A stretch of 64,000 nucleotides of DNA, from positions 3,104,001 to 3,168,000 of the forward strand of contig CBDFJF010000001.1 in the NCBI GenBank assembly GCA_965248265.1. The letters run 5' to 3'. Under the pieces are notes generated by a model. The model did no database searches, was not told the origin of the DNA, and saw nothing but the letters and a program-made list of their open reading frames with translations. Positions 26,302-35,674 of the stretch are shown piece by piece (within the stretch, counting starts at the first letter, position 1; the number at the start of each line of letters is the position of its first letter). This DNA is from Candidatus Latescibacterota bacterium (GTDB lineage: Bacteria; Latescibacterota; UBA2968; UBA8231). Both the position numbers and the translations under genes were made by a program.

Positions 26302-28028
26302 TGAACCCTTTCGTCGAAGAAATCGTCCAGAGAGCGGTCTCTGCCACGGGGCTGTCGGAAGACGCCGTACGGATCCTGGTCGCGGTGCCGCCGGACGAGA
26401 GTCTTGGGGACTACGCCATTCCCTGTTTCACCCTGGCAAAAGAGCGCAAACAGAATCCGGTGGCCATAGCTGGAGACATCGCTCGTATGATCAGCGATGG
26501 CATCGACGCGGATGGCAACGAACCAAGTCACATCGCCCGGGTTCAGGCGGCCGGGCCGTACGTGAATTTCACCCTCGACCGCGTGCGCTTCATCGCCCAT
26601 GTGCTGGATGAAATTTCCGACCAGGGTGTGAAGTACGGTTCACGCAACCAAGGGCAAGGCAAGACCCTCGCCATCGATTTTTCGTCACCGAATCTGGCGC
26701 GACCTTTCAGCATCGCGCATCTGAGATCGACGGCCATCGGCAACGCCATCTATCGCCTGCATCAGTTCGCCGGGTGGCGTTGTGTCGGCATCAATCATCT
26801 GGGTGACTATGGCGCCAACTTCGGACAATTGCTGGCAGCCTATCGCTTGTGGGCGGACGAAGACGCGGTGCGGGCGAACCCGATCCCTGAGCTGCTGGCC
26901 CTCTACGTTCGCTTCAACGAAGAGGCGAAGGACAATCCCGACCTGACCGAACAGGCCCGATCCTGCCTGCGTGCCCTGGCTGAAGGGGACGAAGAGATGG
27001 TCGGGCTGTGGCGCTATTTCATCGAGGAGGGTACCAAGGAAGCCGAGCGCATCTACGGCATCCTGGATGTTCACTTCGACGAAGTTCTCGGAGAGAGTTT
27101 CTTCGCCGACAAGCTGGACGACGTAGTGGCGCTGTTCCAGGACGCGGGCCTGGCGGAAGAAAGTGAGGGTGCCCTCATCGTACGCCTCGATAACGATGAG
27201 GACATGGCTCCCTGCATGTTGCGCACGAGCAACAACACCAGCACCTACCACAGTCGCGATATCGCCGCCTTGCTGTACCGGCACGAGCAGTACGACTTCG
27301 ACAAGATGGTCTACGTCACTGACATGCGTCAGAGCTTGCATTTTCGCCAGTTGTTCAAGGCGGTCAAGCTGCTTGGGTTGGAGTGGTCCTCGCAGTGCGT
27401 GCACGCACCGTTCGGAATGATGAGCTTCAAGGGAGCGGCGATAGCGACCCGCAAAGGCAATATCGTTTTCCTGGAAGAGGTGCTGGATAGGGCGGTGCAG
27501 CTGACTGCCGACATCATCGCCGAGAAGAATCCGGATCTCGAAGATCGCGACCAGATCGCCAACCAGGTAGGCATCAGCGCCGTCATCTTCACCGACGTCA
27601 ACAACCGCCGCACGCGAGACATATCTTTTGATCTGGACGAGGTTCTCAACTTCGATGGCGAAACCGGTCCCTACGTGCAATACACCCATGCCCGGTTCTG
27701 CAGCATTCTGCGCAAGCATGGCGCACCTGTTGCCGCTGATGCTGACTTGTCCTGTTTGGGCGAGATCGCAGAAATGAGGGTGGCGAGACAACTGTCTGAG
27801 TTTCCGGACTCGGTTGAACGGGCCTGCGAGGAGAATGAACCCTCCTACATCGCCGCGTACCTGATCGACCTGGCGACCGTGGCCAACCGTTTCTACAACG
27901 AGTTGCCTGTTCTGGTGGCGGCTGACGATCAGCTGACAGCTGCCCGTGTCCGGCTCGTGGACTGCGTCGGCCAGGTCCTGCGCAGCGGCCTGTCCCTTCT
28001 GGGTATGAAGGCTCCCAAACAGATGTAG
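26301..28028 (+). CDS. argS: Arginine--tRNA ligase
   Basis: GPYVNF, DFSSPN..SIAHLRSTAIG, INHLGDYG, ATRKG and FDGETGPYVQYTHAR motifs. Confidence 0.95.
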   Translation: MNPFVEEIVQRAVSATGLSEDAVRILVAVPPDESLGDYAIPCFTLAKERKQNPVAIAGDIARMISDGIDADGNEPSHIARVQAAGPYVNFTLDRVRFIAHVLDEISDQGVKYGSRNQGQGKTLAIDFSSPNLARPFSIAHLRSTAIGNAIYRLHQFAGWRCVGINHLGDYGANFGQLLAAYRLWADEDAVRANPIPELLALYVRFNEEAKDNPDLTEQARSCLRALAEGDEEMVGLWRYFIEEGTKEAERIYGILDVHFDEVLGESFFADKLDDVVALFQDAGLAEESEGALIVRLDNDEDMAPCMLRTSNNTSTYHSRDIAALLYRHEQYDFDKMVYVTDMRQSLHFRQLFKAVKLLGLEWSSQCVHAPFGMMSFKGAAIATRKGNIVFLEEVLDRAVQLTADIIAEKNPDLEDRDQIANQVGISAVIFTDVNNRRTRDISFDLDEVLNFDGETGPYVQYTHARFCSILRKHGAPVAADADLSCLGEIAEMRVARQLSEFPDSVERACEENEPSYIAAYLIDLATVANRFYNELPVLVAADDQLTAARVRLVDCVGQVLRSGLSLLGMKAPKQM

Positions 28029-28074
28029 CCGAGGGCTCCCAAACACCGGGAGCCTTAAAGAAGAATCGAGGACC

Positions 28075-28266
28075 ATGGACAAGAAAGAGTTGGTGTGTGA
28101 TACCTGCGGCAAGGTGGCCGAGTTTCTTCGGCGCGATGTCGTCGATGGCGGATACAATGCGATGATGAAAACACCGCTGTGGAACTGTGAGGATTGCTAC
28201 CAGATCAAGCGGGCCAGCAGGACAACGGCATCCGGTTCGGACGCGGCGACACCGCCACAGACATGA
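28075..28266 (+). CDS. 63-aa Cys4 zinc-binding-type protein
   Basis: GAGG RBS; CDTC...CEDC; stop overlaps the aroK ATG (ATGA). Confidence 0.7.
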   Translation: MDKKELVCDTCGKVAEFLRRDVVDGGYNAMMKTPLWNCEDCYQIKRASRTTASGSDAATPPQT

Positions 28267-28799
28267 GAGGCCCGGTATTCCTCACCGGGTTCATGGCCAC
28301 CGGTAAGACCAAGATCGGACGCCTCCTGGCGGGACTTCTGGGGTGGTCATTCATGGACACGGATGCTATGGTCATCGAGCGAGCCGGCAAGAGCATTTCC
28401 GAGATCTTCTCCGCTGACGGCGAAGCCGCTTTTCGAGCCCTCGAACACGCCAGCGTGCTGGAGGCCTGCGGAGTCCCGCATTCAGTGGTCGCGCTGGGTG
28501 GCGGTGCGATCATGGAGGAAGGCAACCGCAAGGCGATCGTTGCTTCCGGCGGCACCCTGGTCTGTCTGCAAGCGGATGTCGACACCATCGTCGAGCGTAT
28601 ATCCCGCAAAGACAACCGGCCGTTGCTGGCTGGCTTGAGCCGCGCACAGAAACGCGCGAAGATCGAGCTCATGCTGGCAGAGCGGGCACCTCACTACGCG
28701 GCGGCTGACGTCACCTTCCGATCCTCGGAGAATCGCGACGCCACCGTGGCGGCGCGTCGACTGCTGGCGCAACTGGAGAGTCATGAATGCACCGCGTAG
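28263..28799 (+). CDS. aroK: Shikimate kinase
   Basis: LTGFMATGKT, DTD, GEAAFRALE, ALGGG and RPLL motifs. Confidence 0.93.
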   Translation: MRGPVFLTGFMATGKTKIGRLLAGLLGWSFMDTDAMVIERAGKSISEIFSADGEAAFRALEHASVLEACGVPHSVVALGGGAIMEEGNRKAIVASGGTLVCLQADVDTIVERISRKDNRPLLAGLSRAQKRAKIELMLAERAPHYAAADVTFRSSENRDATVAARRLLAQLESHECTA

Positions 28800-29887
28800 A
28801 GGTTGAGGTCGCTGCCTGCCCGTACACCGTCCTGGTCGGGCACGACACTATCTCCGAACTCGGTAGCCATTGCCGTGCGCTTGAATTGGGATCGCGAGTC
28901 GCCGTGATCGTGGATCGAGCGTTGCAGGCGAGTTTTGCCCCGAAGGCCATCAACAGTCTCCGGGACCATGGTTTCGATCCGCTCGAGATCGAGTTTGCGG
29001 GCAGCGACGCCGCCAAGAACCTGACTACCGCAGAAGAAATCTTTGGACGCATGATCGAAGCAGAGTTGGATCGCGGCTCGTGGGTGCTGGCCCTGGGCGG
29101 AGGGGTTGTCGGTGATATGGGGGGGTTCGTCGCGGCCACCTACCTGCGCGGCGTCGACTGCGTGCAGGTTCCGACCACGGTTGTGGCGCAGGTAGATGCC
29201 AGCCTCGGTGGTAAGACGGGAGTCAATCACCGTCTGGGCAAGAATACGATCGGCGCCTTCCATCAGCCGCGACTCGTGTTCACGGACACGGCCAGCCTGC
29301 GCAGTCTGCCAAAACGCGAACGAGTCGCCGGCATGGCCGAGATGATCAAGCACGGTATCATTCGTGACGAGGAATTGTTTGCGTTTCTGGAACAGCACCT
29401 GGAGGCGGTCGTCGACATGTCCATCGACGCGGAGCGCCTGGATTGGTTGATTGCCCGCAATGTCGCACTAAAGGCGGGGGTCGTAGCCAGTGACGAGCGA
29501 GAGAGTGGCTTGCGTGCTATTCTCAACTACGGCCACACCATCGGGCACGCGATCGAAGCGGCGACCGAGTACCGTCAGTACAACCATGGAGAGGCTGTCA
29601 TCCTGGGCATGGCGGCCGCGGGGGAGATTGCTTGTCGAATGGGTTTATGGCCGCAGACACAACGGCAGCGCCAGGACGATTTGCTGGAAAGGCTGGGCGT
29701 ACCCGAAGGCATCGGTGGAGTCGATGCCGCGCGTATCGTCGAGCGTACGCACGCAGACAAGAAACGGATCAACGGCAAGATCCGCATGGTCCTCGCCCGC
29801 CAGGTTGGCCAAGCCGAACTCTTCGACGACATCGATGAAGCCACCATCCGTGCCGGTGTCGAGCATATCCAGGGTAAATACCGATGA
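28787..29887 (+). CDS. aroB: 3-dehydroquinate synthase
   Basis: LGGGVVGDMGGF, PTTVVAQVDASLGGKTG, LNYGHTIGHAIE, HGEAV and DKK motifs. Confidence 0.96.
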   Translation: MHRVEVEVAACPYTVLVGHDTISELGSHCRALELGSRVAVIVDRALQASFAPKAINSLRDHGFDPLEIEFAGSDAAKNLTTAEEIFGRMIEAELDRGSWVLALGGGVVGDMGGFVAATYLRGVDCVQVPTTVVAQVDASLGGKTGVNHRLGKNTIGAFHQPRLVFTDTASLRSLPKRERVAGMAEMIKHGIIRDEELFAFLEQHLEAVVDMSIDAERLDWLIARNVALKAGVVASDERESGLRAILNYGHTIGHAIEAATEYRQYNHGEAVILGMAAAGEIACRMGLWPQTQRQRQDDLLERLGVPEGIGGVDAARIVERTHADKKRINGKIRMVLARQVGQAELFDDIDEATIRAGVEHIQGKYR

Positions 29888-31245
29888 CGCGACGGCCTGA
29901 TAAGGTTCACCTGGTCAGCTTGGGATGTCCAAAGAATACGGTGGACTCCGAACGCATGCTGGGATTGCTCAACGGCAACGATTACGAGATCACGGAGGAT
30001 CCTGAGGAGGCCGATGTCGTCATCGTCAACACGTGCGGGTTTATCGGTCCGGCGAAGGAAGAGTCGATCGAGGCCATCATGGAGGCCCACGAGCTACGCG
30101 AGAAGGGCCGATGCAAGGGCGTCATCGTCACTGGTTGTCTGGCGGAGCGTTACCAGAGCACGCTCAAAGAGGATTTGATCGAGGCGGATCAGGTACTGAC
30201 GCTGAGCCAGGAGAACGATATTGTCCGCAATGTCGACGAACTCCTGGGGAATGAGCGCGCAGCCTATCTGAACGCGCCCCGTTTGACCACGACACCCTCA
30301 CACTGGGCCTACCTGCGGATTTCAGACGGATGTGACCACAAGTGCGCCTTTTGTGCCATTCCCTTGATCAAGGGGCGCCACCGCAGTGAGACCATCGAAG
30401 ATCTGGTTGCCGAAGCCAAACGGTTGGCCGGCGGCGGTGTTCGCGAACTCGTCCTGGTGGCGCAAGACTCCGTCCGCTATGGCGCGGACCTCTACGGCCG
30501 CCCGCAGCTGGTTCCCCTGCTGGAGCAGCTGGCCGCAGTGAATGGAATCAAGTGGATGAGGTTGATGTACACCTATCCGGCCTTCTGGACGGACGAGATG
30601 ATCGACTTTTATGCCGATAGCAATACAATGTGTAACTACATCGACATGCCGCTGCAGCATATCTCCGATCCGGTGTTGAAAAGGATGCGCCGAGCAACGA
30701 CCAAGGCCAAAACAGAGCGCCTGCTGGATCGCCTGCGCGAGCGCCTGCCCAATGTTGGGTTGCGATCCTCTTTCATCGTCGGCTTTCCGGGAGAAACCGA
30801 AGCTCAGTTCGCCGAATTGCTGGAATTTGTGGAACAGACCCGTTTCGACAACGCCACCTGCTTCATCTACTCACCTGAAGAGGGCACCGAGGCCCACGGT
30901 CTGGATGGCGAACTTCCCGAAGACGTCAAGGAGGAGCGCTTTCGCCAGCTGACCGAGCTACAGGACGGCATTTCGGCCGACATCAATCACGGGCTGGTAG
31001 GCACGCAACAGGTCGTCCTCGTCGATGGGCTGGTCAACGACGAGGCGGGAAGCGGCTGGAGTGGACGGCTGCAGCGAGATGCACCTGAAATCGATGGGCA
31101 CGTGCGCATCGAAGCGTGCACGGACAAACCTGGTGTTGATAGAGATCCTGGTGTTGATCCGTTGGTCGGCAAGTTCGCCCAGGTCGAGATCATCGGCGCC
31201 TACCCCTACGAGCTTGTCGCTCGCTGGACAGGTAATTCCTGGTAA
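29884..31245 (+). CDS. rimO: Ribosomal protein S12 methylthiotransferase
   Basis: SLGCPKNTVDSE, NTCGFI..AKEES, CDHKCAFCAIP, YIDMPLQH and DAPEIDG motifs. Confidence 0.95.
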   Translation: MTRRPDKVHLVSLGCPKNTVDSERMLGLLNGNDYEITEDPEEADVVIVNTCGFIGPAKEESIEAIMEAHELREKGRCKGVIVTGCLAERYQSTLKEDLIEADQVLTLSQENDIVRNVDELLGNERAAYLNAPRLTTTPSHWAYLRISDGCDHKCAFCAIPLIKGRHRSETIEDLVAEAKRLAGGGVRELVLVAQDSVRYGADLYGRPQLVPLLEQLAAVNGIKWMRLMYTYPAFWTDEMIDFYADSNTMCNYIDMPLQHISDPVLKRMRRATTKAKTERLLDRLRERLPNVGLRSSFIVGFPGETEAQFAELLEFVEQTRFDNATCFIYSPEEGTEAHGLDGELPEDVKEERFRQLTELQDGISADINHGLVGTQQVVLVDGLVNDEAGSGWSGRLQRDAPEIDGHVRIEACTDKPGVDRDPGVDPLVGKFAQVEIIGAYPYELVARWTGNSW

Positions 31246-31255
31246 GGAACGAGAG

Positions 31256-31609
31256 GTGGCAGAGGACAAGAGAAGGCGTCGCGCTCGGGCCGTCGAATTG
31301 ACCGAAGACCAACTTCTGATTCAATGGTTGGACGGTCACGAGAGCCGGCTACCCCTGGAAGATCTTCGCCGCGATTGCCCTTGTGCCGTCTGTCGCGAGC
31401 ATCGAAGCGCGCAGCCTGAGCCTTCGATTGGCGGTGGGGGAGAACTGCCGATGCTGAGCGCGGAAGCGGCCGCGGCGACGGCTGCGGCTACGGGATTTGA
31501 CTACGTCGGCCGGTACGGGGTTCGCATCACCTGGGCCGACGGCCACGATACCGGCATCTACGTCTTCGAAGCACTGAGGGAGCTTGATGACGACGACGAT
31601 GACTCATGA
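31256..31609 (+). CDS. DUF971 (GBBH N-terminal-like) protein
   Basis: WLDGHES, LRRDCPCAVC and VGRYGVRITWADGHDTGIY motifs. Confidence 0.88.
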   Translation: MAEDKRRRRARAVELTEDQLLIQWLDGHESRLPLEDLRRDCPCAVCREHRSAQPEPSIGGGGELPMLSAEAAAATAAATGFDYVGRYGVRITWADGHDTGIYVFEALRELDDDDDDS

Positions 31610-31643
31610 CTGATGAGCTCGAAGCTCATCAGTCATGAGTCAT
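31599..31643. terminator. Perfect 21-bp inverted repeat between convergent genes, containing both stop codons
   Basis: atgactcatgactgatgagct-cga-agctcatcagtcatgagtcat. Confidence 0.7.
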
Positions 31644-33714
31644 TCGTGTTCCGCGGTGCCCGGGCCAACCACAGTTCGATCAGAAGCAGCGCCAGGGCGA
31701 CCATCAGGAACTCCCGCCACAGTTCCTGACCGTAGCGATTGGCGAGCAGGGCTGCCCCGAAGCCCTCGGCCCCGACCAGGTGCAGCTGTTGGGTCGCGAA
31801 GAGGGTTTCAAAACGCTCGCGTGGTAGCGGCGCCAGCCGTGATTCCCGACGATCGACATTCACCGCGAATCGATCGACCACCTCGCCGTTGTTTGACAGC
31901 GTCCAGATCCCCGACTCATCGACCCGCCTGACTATCCACACCAGCCTGCCATTTACGATTTCAGCATCCAGGTATGAGCGGCGTCCAGAGGGCGACTCCG
32001 CCTGGATCCTGTCGGCGTCGGCTGCACGCCCCAGCTCTCGCCTGACCGCCTCGCCGACCCGGTAGGTCTGTCCCGTCGCGGGCTGGCCAAGATGCCTGCA
32101 CAGGCGTTGCAACAACGGAACGAACAGTCCCTTCAACGGAAGATCGCTCCAACGCAGATCGAGGGGGACCGCGACAAGGACGACACGCCCGCTTCCGCTC
32201 GAGCCCTCGACGAGAGCTGGGCGTCCATCGGCGAAGAAGGCCAGAGTCTGCCCCGGCACGGATGGGGCGATGTCGAACGAGGTTGGGAATCTCGGGCGGT
32301 CTTGTGGCTGGGAGGTCCACAATCCACGCAGGAGCGAATGGAAGGGTTTCTCCTTGTCGAGGAAGGTCGCCTGCTCCGCGGCGCCGGCGGTGATACCGGT
32401 GAGGGAGAATGGCATCAGTGGCGGTAGCAATCGACGGTTATAGTAGTTGAGATCAGCTTGAGTTGATGGGAAAATCACCAGGGCAGTACCCGCTTCCACG
32501 GATTGGTGGATTCGTCGGGTTCGCTCGCCAGACAACAACTGGAGATTGCACAACATGACAACGTCGTAGTCCACCAGCTCGATGGATTCGAGTTCGTCGA
32601 AAAGGCGGGCTTCGACCGTCACGGCTGGATCGGCGCCTGCAACTGCCGTGAGGGCCCGGCGCAGGTAGTAGGTATCGATTGAGCGTCTTCCCAGCAGGAG
32701 TACGCGGATCCGCTCGGGGACATGGAATGTGAAGTAGTGGCGGTTGTCGAGGGACAGGGCATCCTCCTCGATTTCAACCAAGCCGATCGTATGTCCCGAC
32801 TGGCGTAAGGCGACGTTGAACTCGACCTGCGTTGTGCTTCGTGCCGGCAGCATCTCGATGGCCTGCCGCTGTACGCGCTCCCCGTTCAGGTACAGATCGA
32901 CGGGCACATCCTCAACATCTCTTCCACGGGTATTGGCTACCGATACCCGAAAAGCCATCCTCTGTCCGGCAGTCGGGGTCCACGATGCTGGCGATACCGT
33001 GTCGACGTAGGTATTGCCCTTGGCTACTTCATCCGGCGGGCTGGCGTAGATTCGCAGGCCAGGCAGCAGATCCTCCATCTCGCGGACGGCGGTTGCCGCG
33101 TCGACCCAATCTCGCCGGACGAAGTCGGAGAGGATGAAGAGCTCGCGATCGGGCCGCGATTTGGCCGCAAGGACTGTGGCCGCCTCCATCATGGCAGTGG
33201 CCGGCGTCGTGGTCTCCTCTCCCGAGGTGAGTTCGGTCACTTGTGCACGGAGCTGAACCAGGCTCTCGGCGTGGAGGACATCAGCATGCTCACCGAAGGT
33301 GATCACGGTAACATCGTCATGATCCGAGAACAGGCCGAGAAGGTCGAGAGCTTGATCGCGCAGCTGGGTGAATACCCGACCGGTTGGTAAGCGGTAGTTG
33401 GTACTGAGCGAGCGGTCGATGAGAACGGCGGTGGCCGTGGGAACACGCTTGCCGAGGAGGCCTTGGGCCCAATCGGCGCGATAGGTCGGACGAGCGAAGG
33501 CAGCTGCGATCAACCCCACTGCGAGCGTGCGCAGCAGTAACACCAACCACTGCCGAAGTTGGATACTGCGCATGCGGCGTTGATGCACCGCGCGCAGGAA
33601 TTCGAGGTTACTGAATGGGCGTGGCCGCGAGCGGCCGCGGTGCAGCAGGTGGATGGCCAGCGGTACAAGCGCAGCCACCAGACCTACAAGGGCGAGCGGA
33701 TTCAGAAAATGCAC
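31633..33714 (-). CDS. BatA-domain / vWA / glutamine amidotransferase-like membrane-anchored protein
   Basis: MHFLNP..PLAIHL..FSNLEFL..LLLRTLA..AFARP (BatA), IDRSLS and ILSDF (vWA), DNRHYF, C-terminal ELW..LALLLIE. Confidence 0.85.
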   Translation of the reverse strand: MHFLNPLALVGLVAALVPLAIHLLHRGRSRPRPFSNLEFLRAVHQRRMRSIQLRQWLVLLLRTLAVGLIAAAFARPTYRADWAQGLLGKRVPTATAVLIDRSLSTNYRLPTGRVFTQLRDQALDLLGLFSDHDDVTVITFGEHADVLHAESLVQLRAQVTELTSGEETTTPATAMMEAATVLAAKSRPDRELFILSDFVRRDWVDAATAVREMEDLLPGLRIYASPPDEVAKGNTYVDTVSPASWTPTAGQRMAFRVSVANTRGRDVEDVPVDLYLNGERVQRQAIEMLPARSTTQVEFNVALRQSGHTIGLVEIEEDALSLDNRHYFTFHVPERIRVLLLGRRSIDTYYLRRALTAVAGADPAVTVEARLFDELESIELVDYDVVMLCNLQLLSGERTRRIHQSVEAGTALVIFPSTQADLNYYNRRLLPPLMPFSLTGITAGAAEQATFLDKEKPFHSLLRGLWTSQPQDRPRFPTSFDIAPSVPGQTLAFFADGRPALVEGSSGSGRVVLVAVPLDLRWSDLPLKGLFVPLLQRLCRHLGQPATGQTYRVGEAVRRELGRAADADRIQAESPSGRRSYLDAEIVNGRLVWIVRRVDESGIWTLSNNGEVVDRFAVNVDRRESRLAPLPRERFETLFATQQLHLVGAEGFGAALLANRYGQELWREFLMVALALLLIELWLARAPRNTNDS

Positions 33715-33797
33715 GATCTGTTTATGGACGCAGGACGCGCTCTGTCAACTGGCAGAGCTGCGGGCTGTCAACGGGCGTGGTCTGCAGCCCCTGGATA

Positions 33798-34268
33798 TCA
33801 GGTTGGTGGGTGGTCCTTTTCTTCGGTCTCGATGGCTGCCAGGATTTGTTCTGCTGAGGTCGCTTCGACAAGTTGCTTCTTGAAGGCGTCGTTCTTGAGC
33901 AAGCGCGAGATGCGCGCCAGCGCCTTGATATGAGGACCGGAGACGTTGGCTGGAGACACCAACAGGAAGAATACGTAGGCGGGCTCTCCGTCCAGGGCCT
34001 CGAAATCGACCCCGCGTTTGTGGATTCCAAGGGCCGCGGCGAGATGAATGACGGAGTCCGACTTGCCGTGAGGGATCGCGATGCCGTCGCCGATGCCCGT
34101 GCTCATGATCTTCTCGCGGTCGAGGACTGCTTGCAGGACCTTCTCTCGATCCGTGATTGAGTCACCCACCTTTAGCATATCCACCAACTCGCCGATAATC
34201 TCCTCTTTGGTGTTGCTCTGGAGGCCTACGACGGTCGATTCGGGCGACAAAATGTCCAAAAGCGTCAT
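33798..34268 (-). CDS. ptsN: PTS IIA component (fructose/nitrogen-type)
   Basis: REKIMSTGIGDGIAIPH (phospho-His), GVDFEALDG and HIKALARISRLL motifs. Confidence 0.88.
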   Translation of the reverse strand: MTLLDILSPESTVVGLQSNTKEEIIGELVDMLKVGDSITDREKVLQAVLDREKIMSTGIGDGIAIPHGKSDSVIHLAAALGIHKRGVDFEALDGEPAYVFFLLVSPANVSGPHIKALARISRLLKNDAFKKQLVEATSAEQILAAIETEEKDHPPT

Positions 34269-34339
34269 TGTTCCATTACCATATATTACAGGGCGGACGG
34301 ATAAAATCGAATATAACTTAAACTGTCCGTGGTTGCTAT
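34269..34339. promoter_or_regulatory. AT-rich divergent promoter region (PTS IIA / glycosyltransferase operon)
   Basis: Markedly AT-rich spacer (ccatatatta, gataaaatcgaatataacttaaac) between divergent starts. Confidence 0.5.
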
Positions 34340-35674
34340 ATGGATCGCGACGACTCGATCAAGAGCACGGTACTGCTCATCGCCTACCACTACCCACCTG
34401 TGCGCTCCACCGGGGTGCAGCGGGTCGCCAAATTTGAACACTATCTGCCTGATTTCGGCTATCGGACGAAGGTCCTAACAACGGCCGCTTTCGGGAGGGG
34501 CGGTCAGCATGTTGAGGTGCTGAGAGCCTGGGAACCGCTGGGTCCCTACCGGTGGCTGTTCAACACTCGTGCAAGGCGAGATCGTGGCCTCGCCGCTCGG
34601 GTACGAACCGAATCCAGCCTGACTTCCAGATGGGCCCGCATAGCCCGTTCTGTTTTGATTCCGGACTCCCAGGTCACCTGGATTCCGGCAGCATCCGCGC
34701 GGGCGCTGAATCAGCTGCGGACCGGGGCGGCAAACCTGGTCTACTCCACCTACCCGCCAGCAAGCGCTCATCTGGTAGCCTTGATCGCCAAACAGATGAC
34801 TGGTGCTCCATGGGTGGCCGATTTTCGTGACTCGTGGACGTCCGATCCGCTGGATCCTGATCTGCTTGCCAATCCGCACCGACTGGCGTTGGAGCGCAAA
34901 CTGGAATCGACGGTCGTACGCACAGCCGATGCCATTATCACTTCGACTCCCGTCGCGGCAGATTACCTGAAGGAGGCTCACCCGGAGCAGGCGGATCGGA
35001 TCCATGTGATCACCAACGGCTTCGACCCTGAGGATCTTTCCGACCAGATCGAGGCCCCTGCTTCCGATAGCTCACGGCCTCTGCGCCTCGTGCACACCGG
35101 TTCCTTCTCGGGCAGCCATCCCTGGCGCAGCCCCCAGGGCTTGCTCGAGGCGTTACGGCTTCTGTTGACCGCGGATCCATCCTGGTCGCGACGACTCAAA
35201 GTGACGCTGGTTGGTCATCTGACCCGCTCCGAGACGCAAGCCACAGCCGTACTGGCGTCGTCCGGCCTGGTGCAAATGGTTGAGGAGGCCGATCACGGCG
35301 AGGCACTCAGGTTCCAGCAGGAGGGCGACGTACTCCTGCTGGTAGACCACCCGCGGCCATGGCCAGCATCCAATCTGCCGAACAAGCTGTTCGAGTACCT
35401 GGCGTTGCGGCGTCCGATACTGGCTTTGTGCACTCCAGGCATGGTCGCCGACACTGTATCGGGGCTCGAGGCGGGGATGTGCGCAGCTCCGGACGACCCG
35501 CGCGCCATCGCCGGGGTGATAGGGCGTCTCTACGAAGCCTTCGCCTCCGGGACATTGCAGCAACACGCCTGCACCGCGCCGCTGGATCATTTTCACCGAC
35601 GGTTCCTGACTCAGCAGTTGGCAGTCCGCTTCGACGATGTGCTCGCCCAACACGCTCGAGCGCCTTGTCCGTGA
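34340..35674 (+). CDS. GT4 family glycosyltransferase
   Basis: AYHYPP..GVQR, PWVADFRDSW, VITNGFD and PNKLFEYL motifs. Confidence 0.9.
   Translation: MDRDDSIKSTVLLIAYHYPPVRSTGVQRVAKFEHYLPDFGYRTKVLTTAAFGRGGQHVEVLRAWEPLGPYRWLFNTRARRDRGLAARVRTESSLTSRWARIARSVLIPDSQVTWIPAASARALNQLRTGAANLVYSTYPPASAHLVALIAKQMTGAPWVADFRDSWTSDPLDPDLLANPHRLALERKLESTVVRTADAIITSTPVAADYLKEAHPEQADRIHVITNGFDPEDLSDQIEAPASDSSRPLRLVHTGSFSGSHPWRSPQGLLEALRLLLTADPSWSRRLKVTLVGHLTRSETQATAVLASSGLVQMVEEADHGEALRFQQEGDVLLLVDHPRPWPASNLPNKLFEYLALRRPILALCTPGMVADTVSGLEAGMCAAPDDPRAIAGVIGRLYEAFASGTLQQHACTAPLDHFHRRFLTQQLAVRFDDVLAQHARAPCP

Noticed and set aside
26680-26745. ArgRS HIGH motif reads SIAH, suggesting a dead enzyme
   Set aside because: HIGH is variable in ArgRS and all other motifs are intact.
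26685-28157. 490-aa minus-strand ORF, and similar long antisense ORFs at 985, 22990, 43225 and 59383 (plus 6437 on the + strand)
   Set aside because: They are shadows of well-supported genes on the opposite strand in GC-rich DNA and show no motifs.
35359-35670. N-terminal extension of the GT-C ORF (likewise extensions at 3648, 4918, 9560, 17360, 42052 and 48904)
   Set aside because: They overlap neighbouring genes or lack homology. Downstream starts with an RBS or stop-start coupling fit better.
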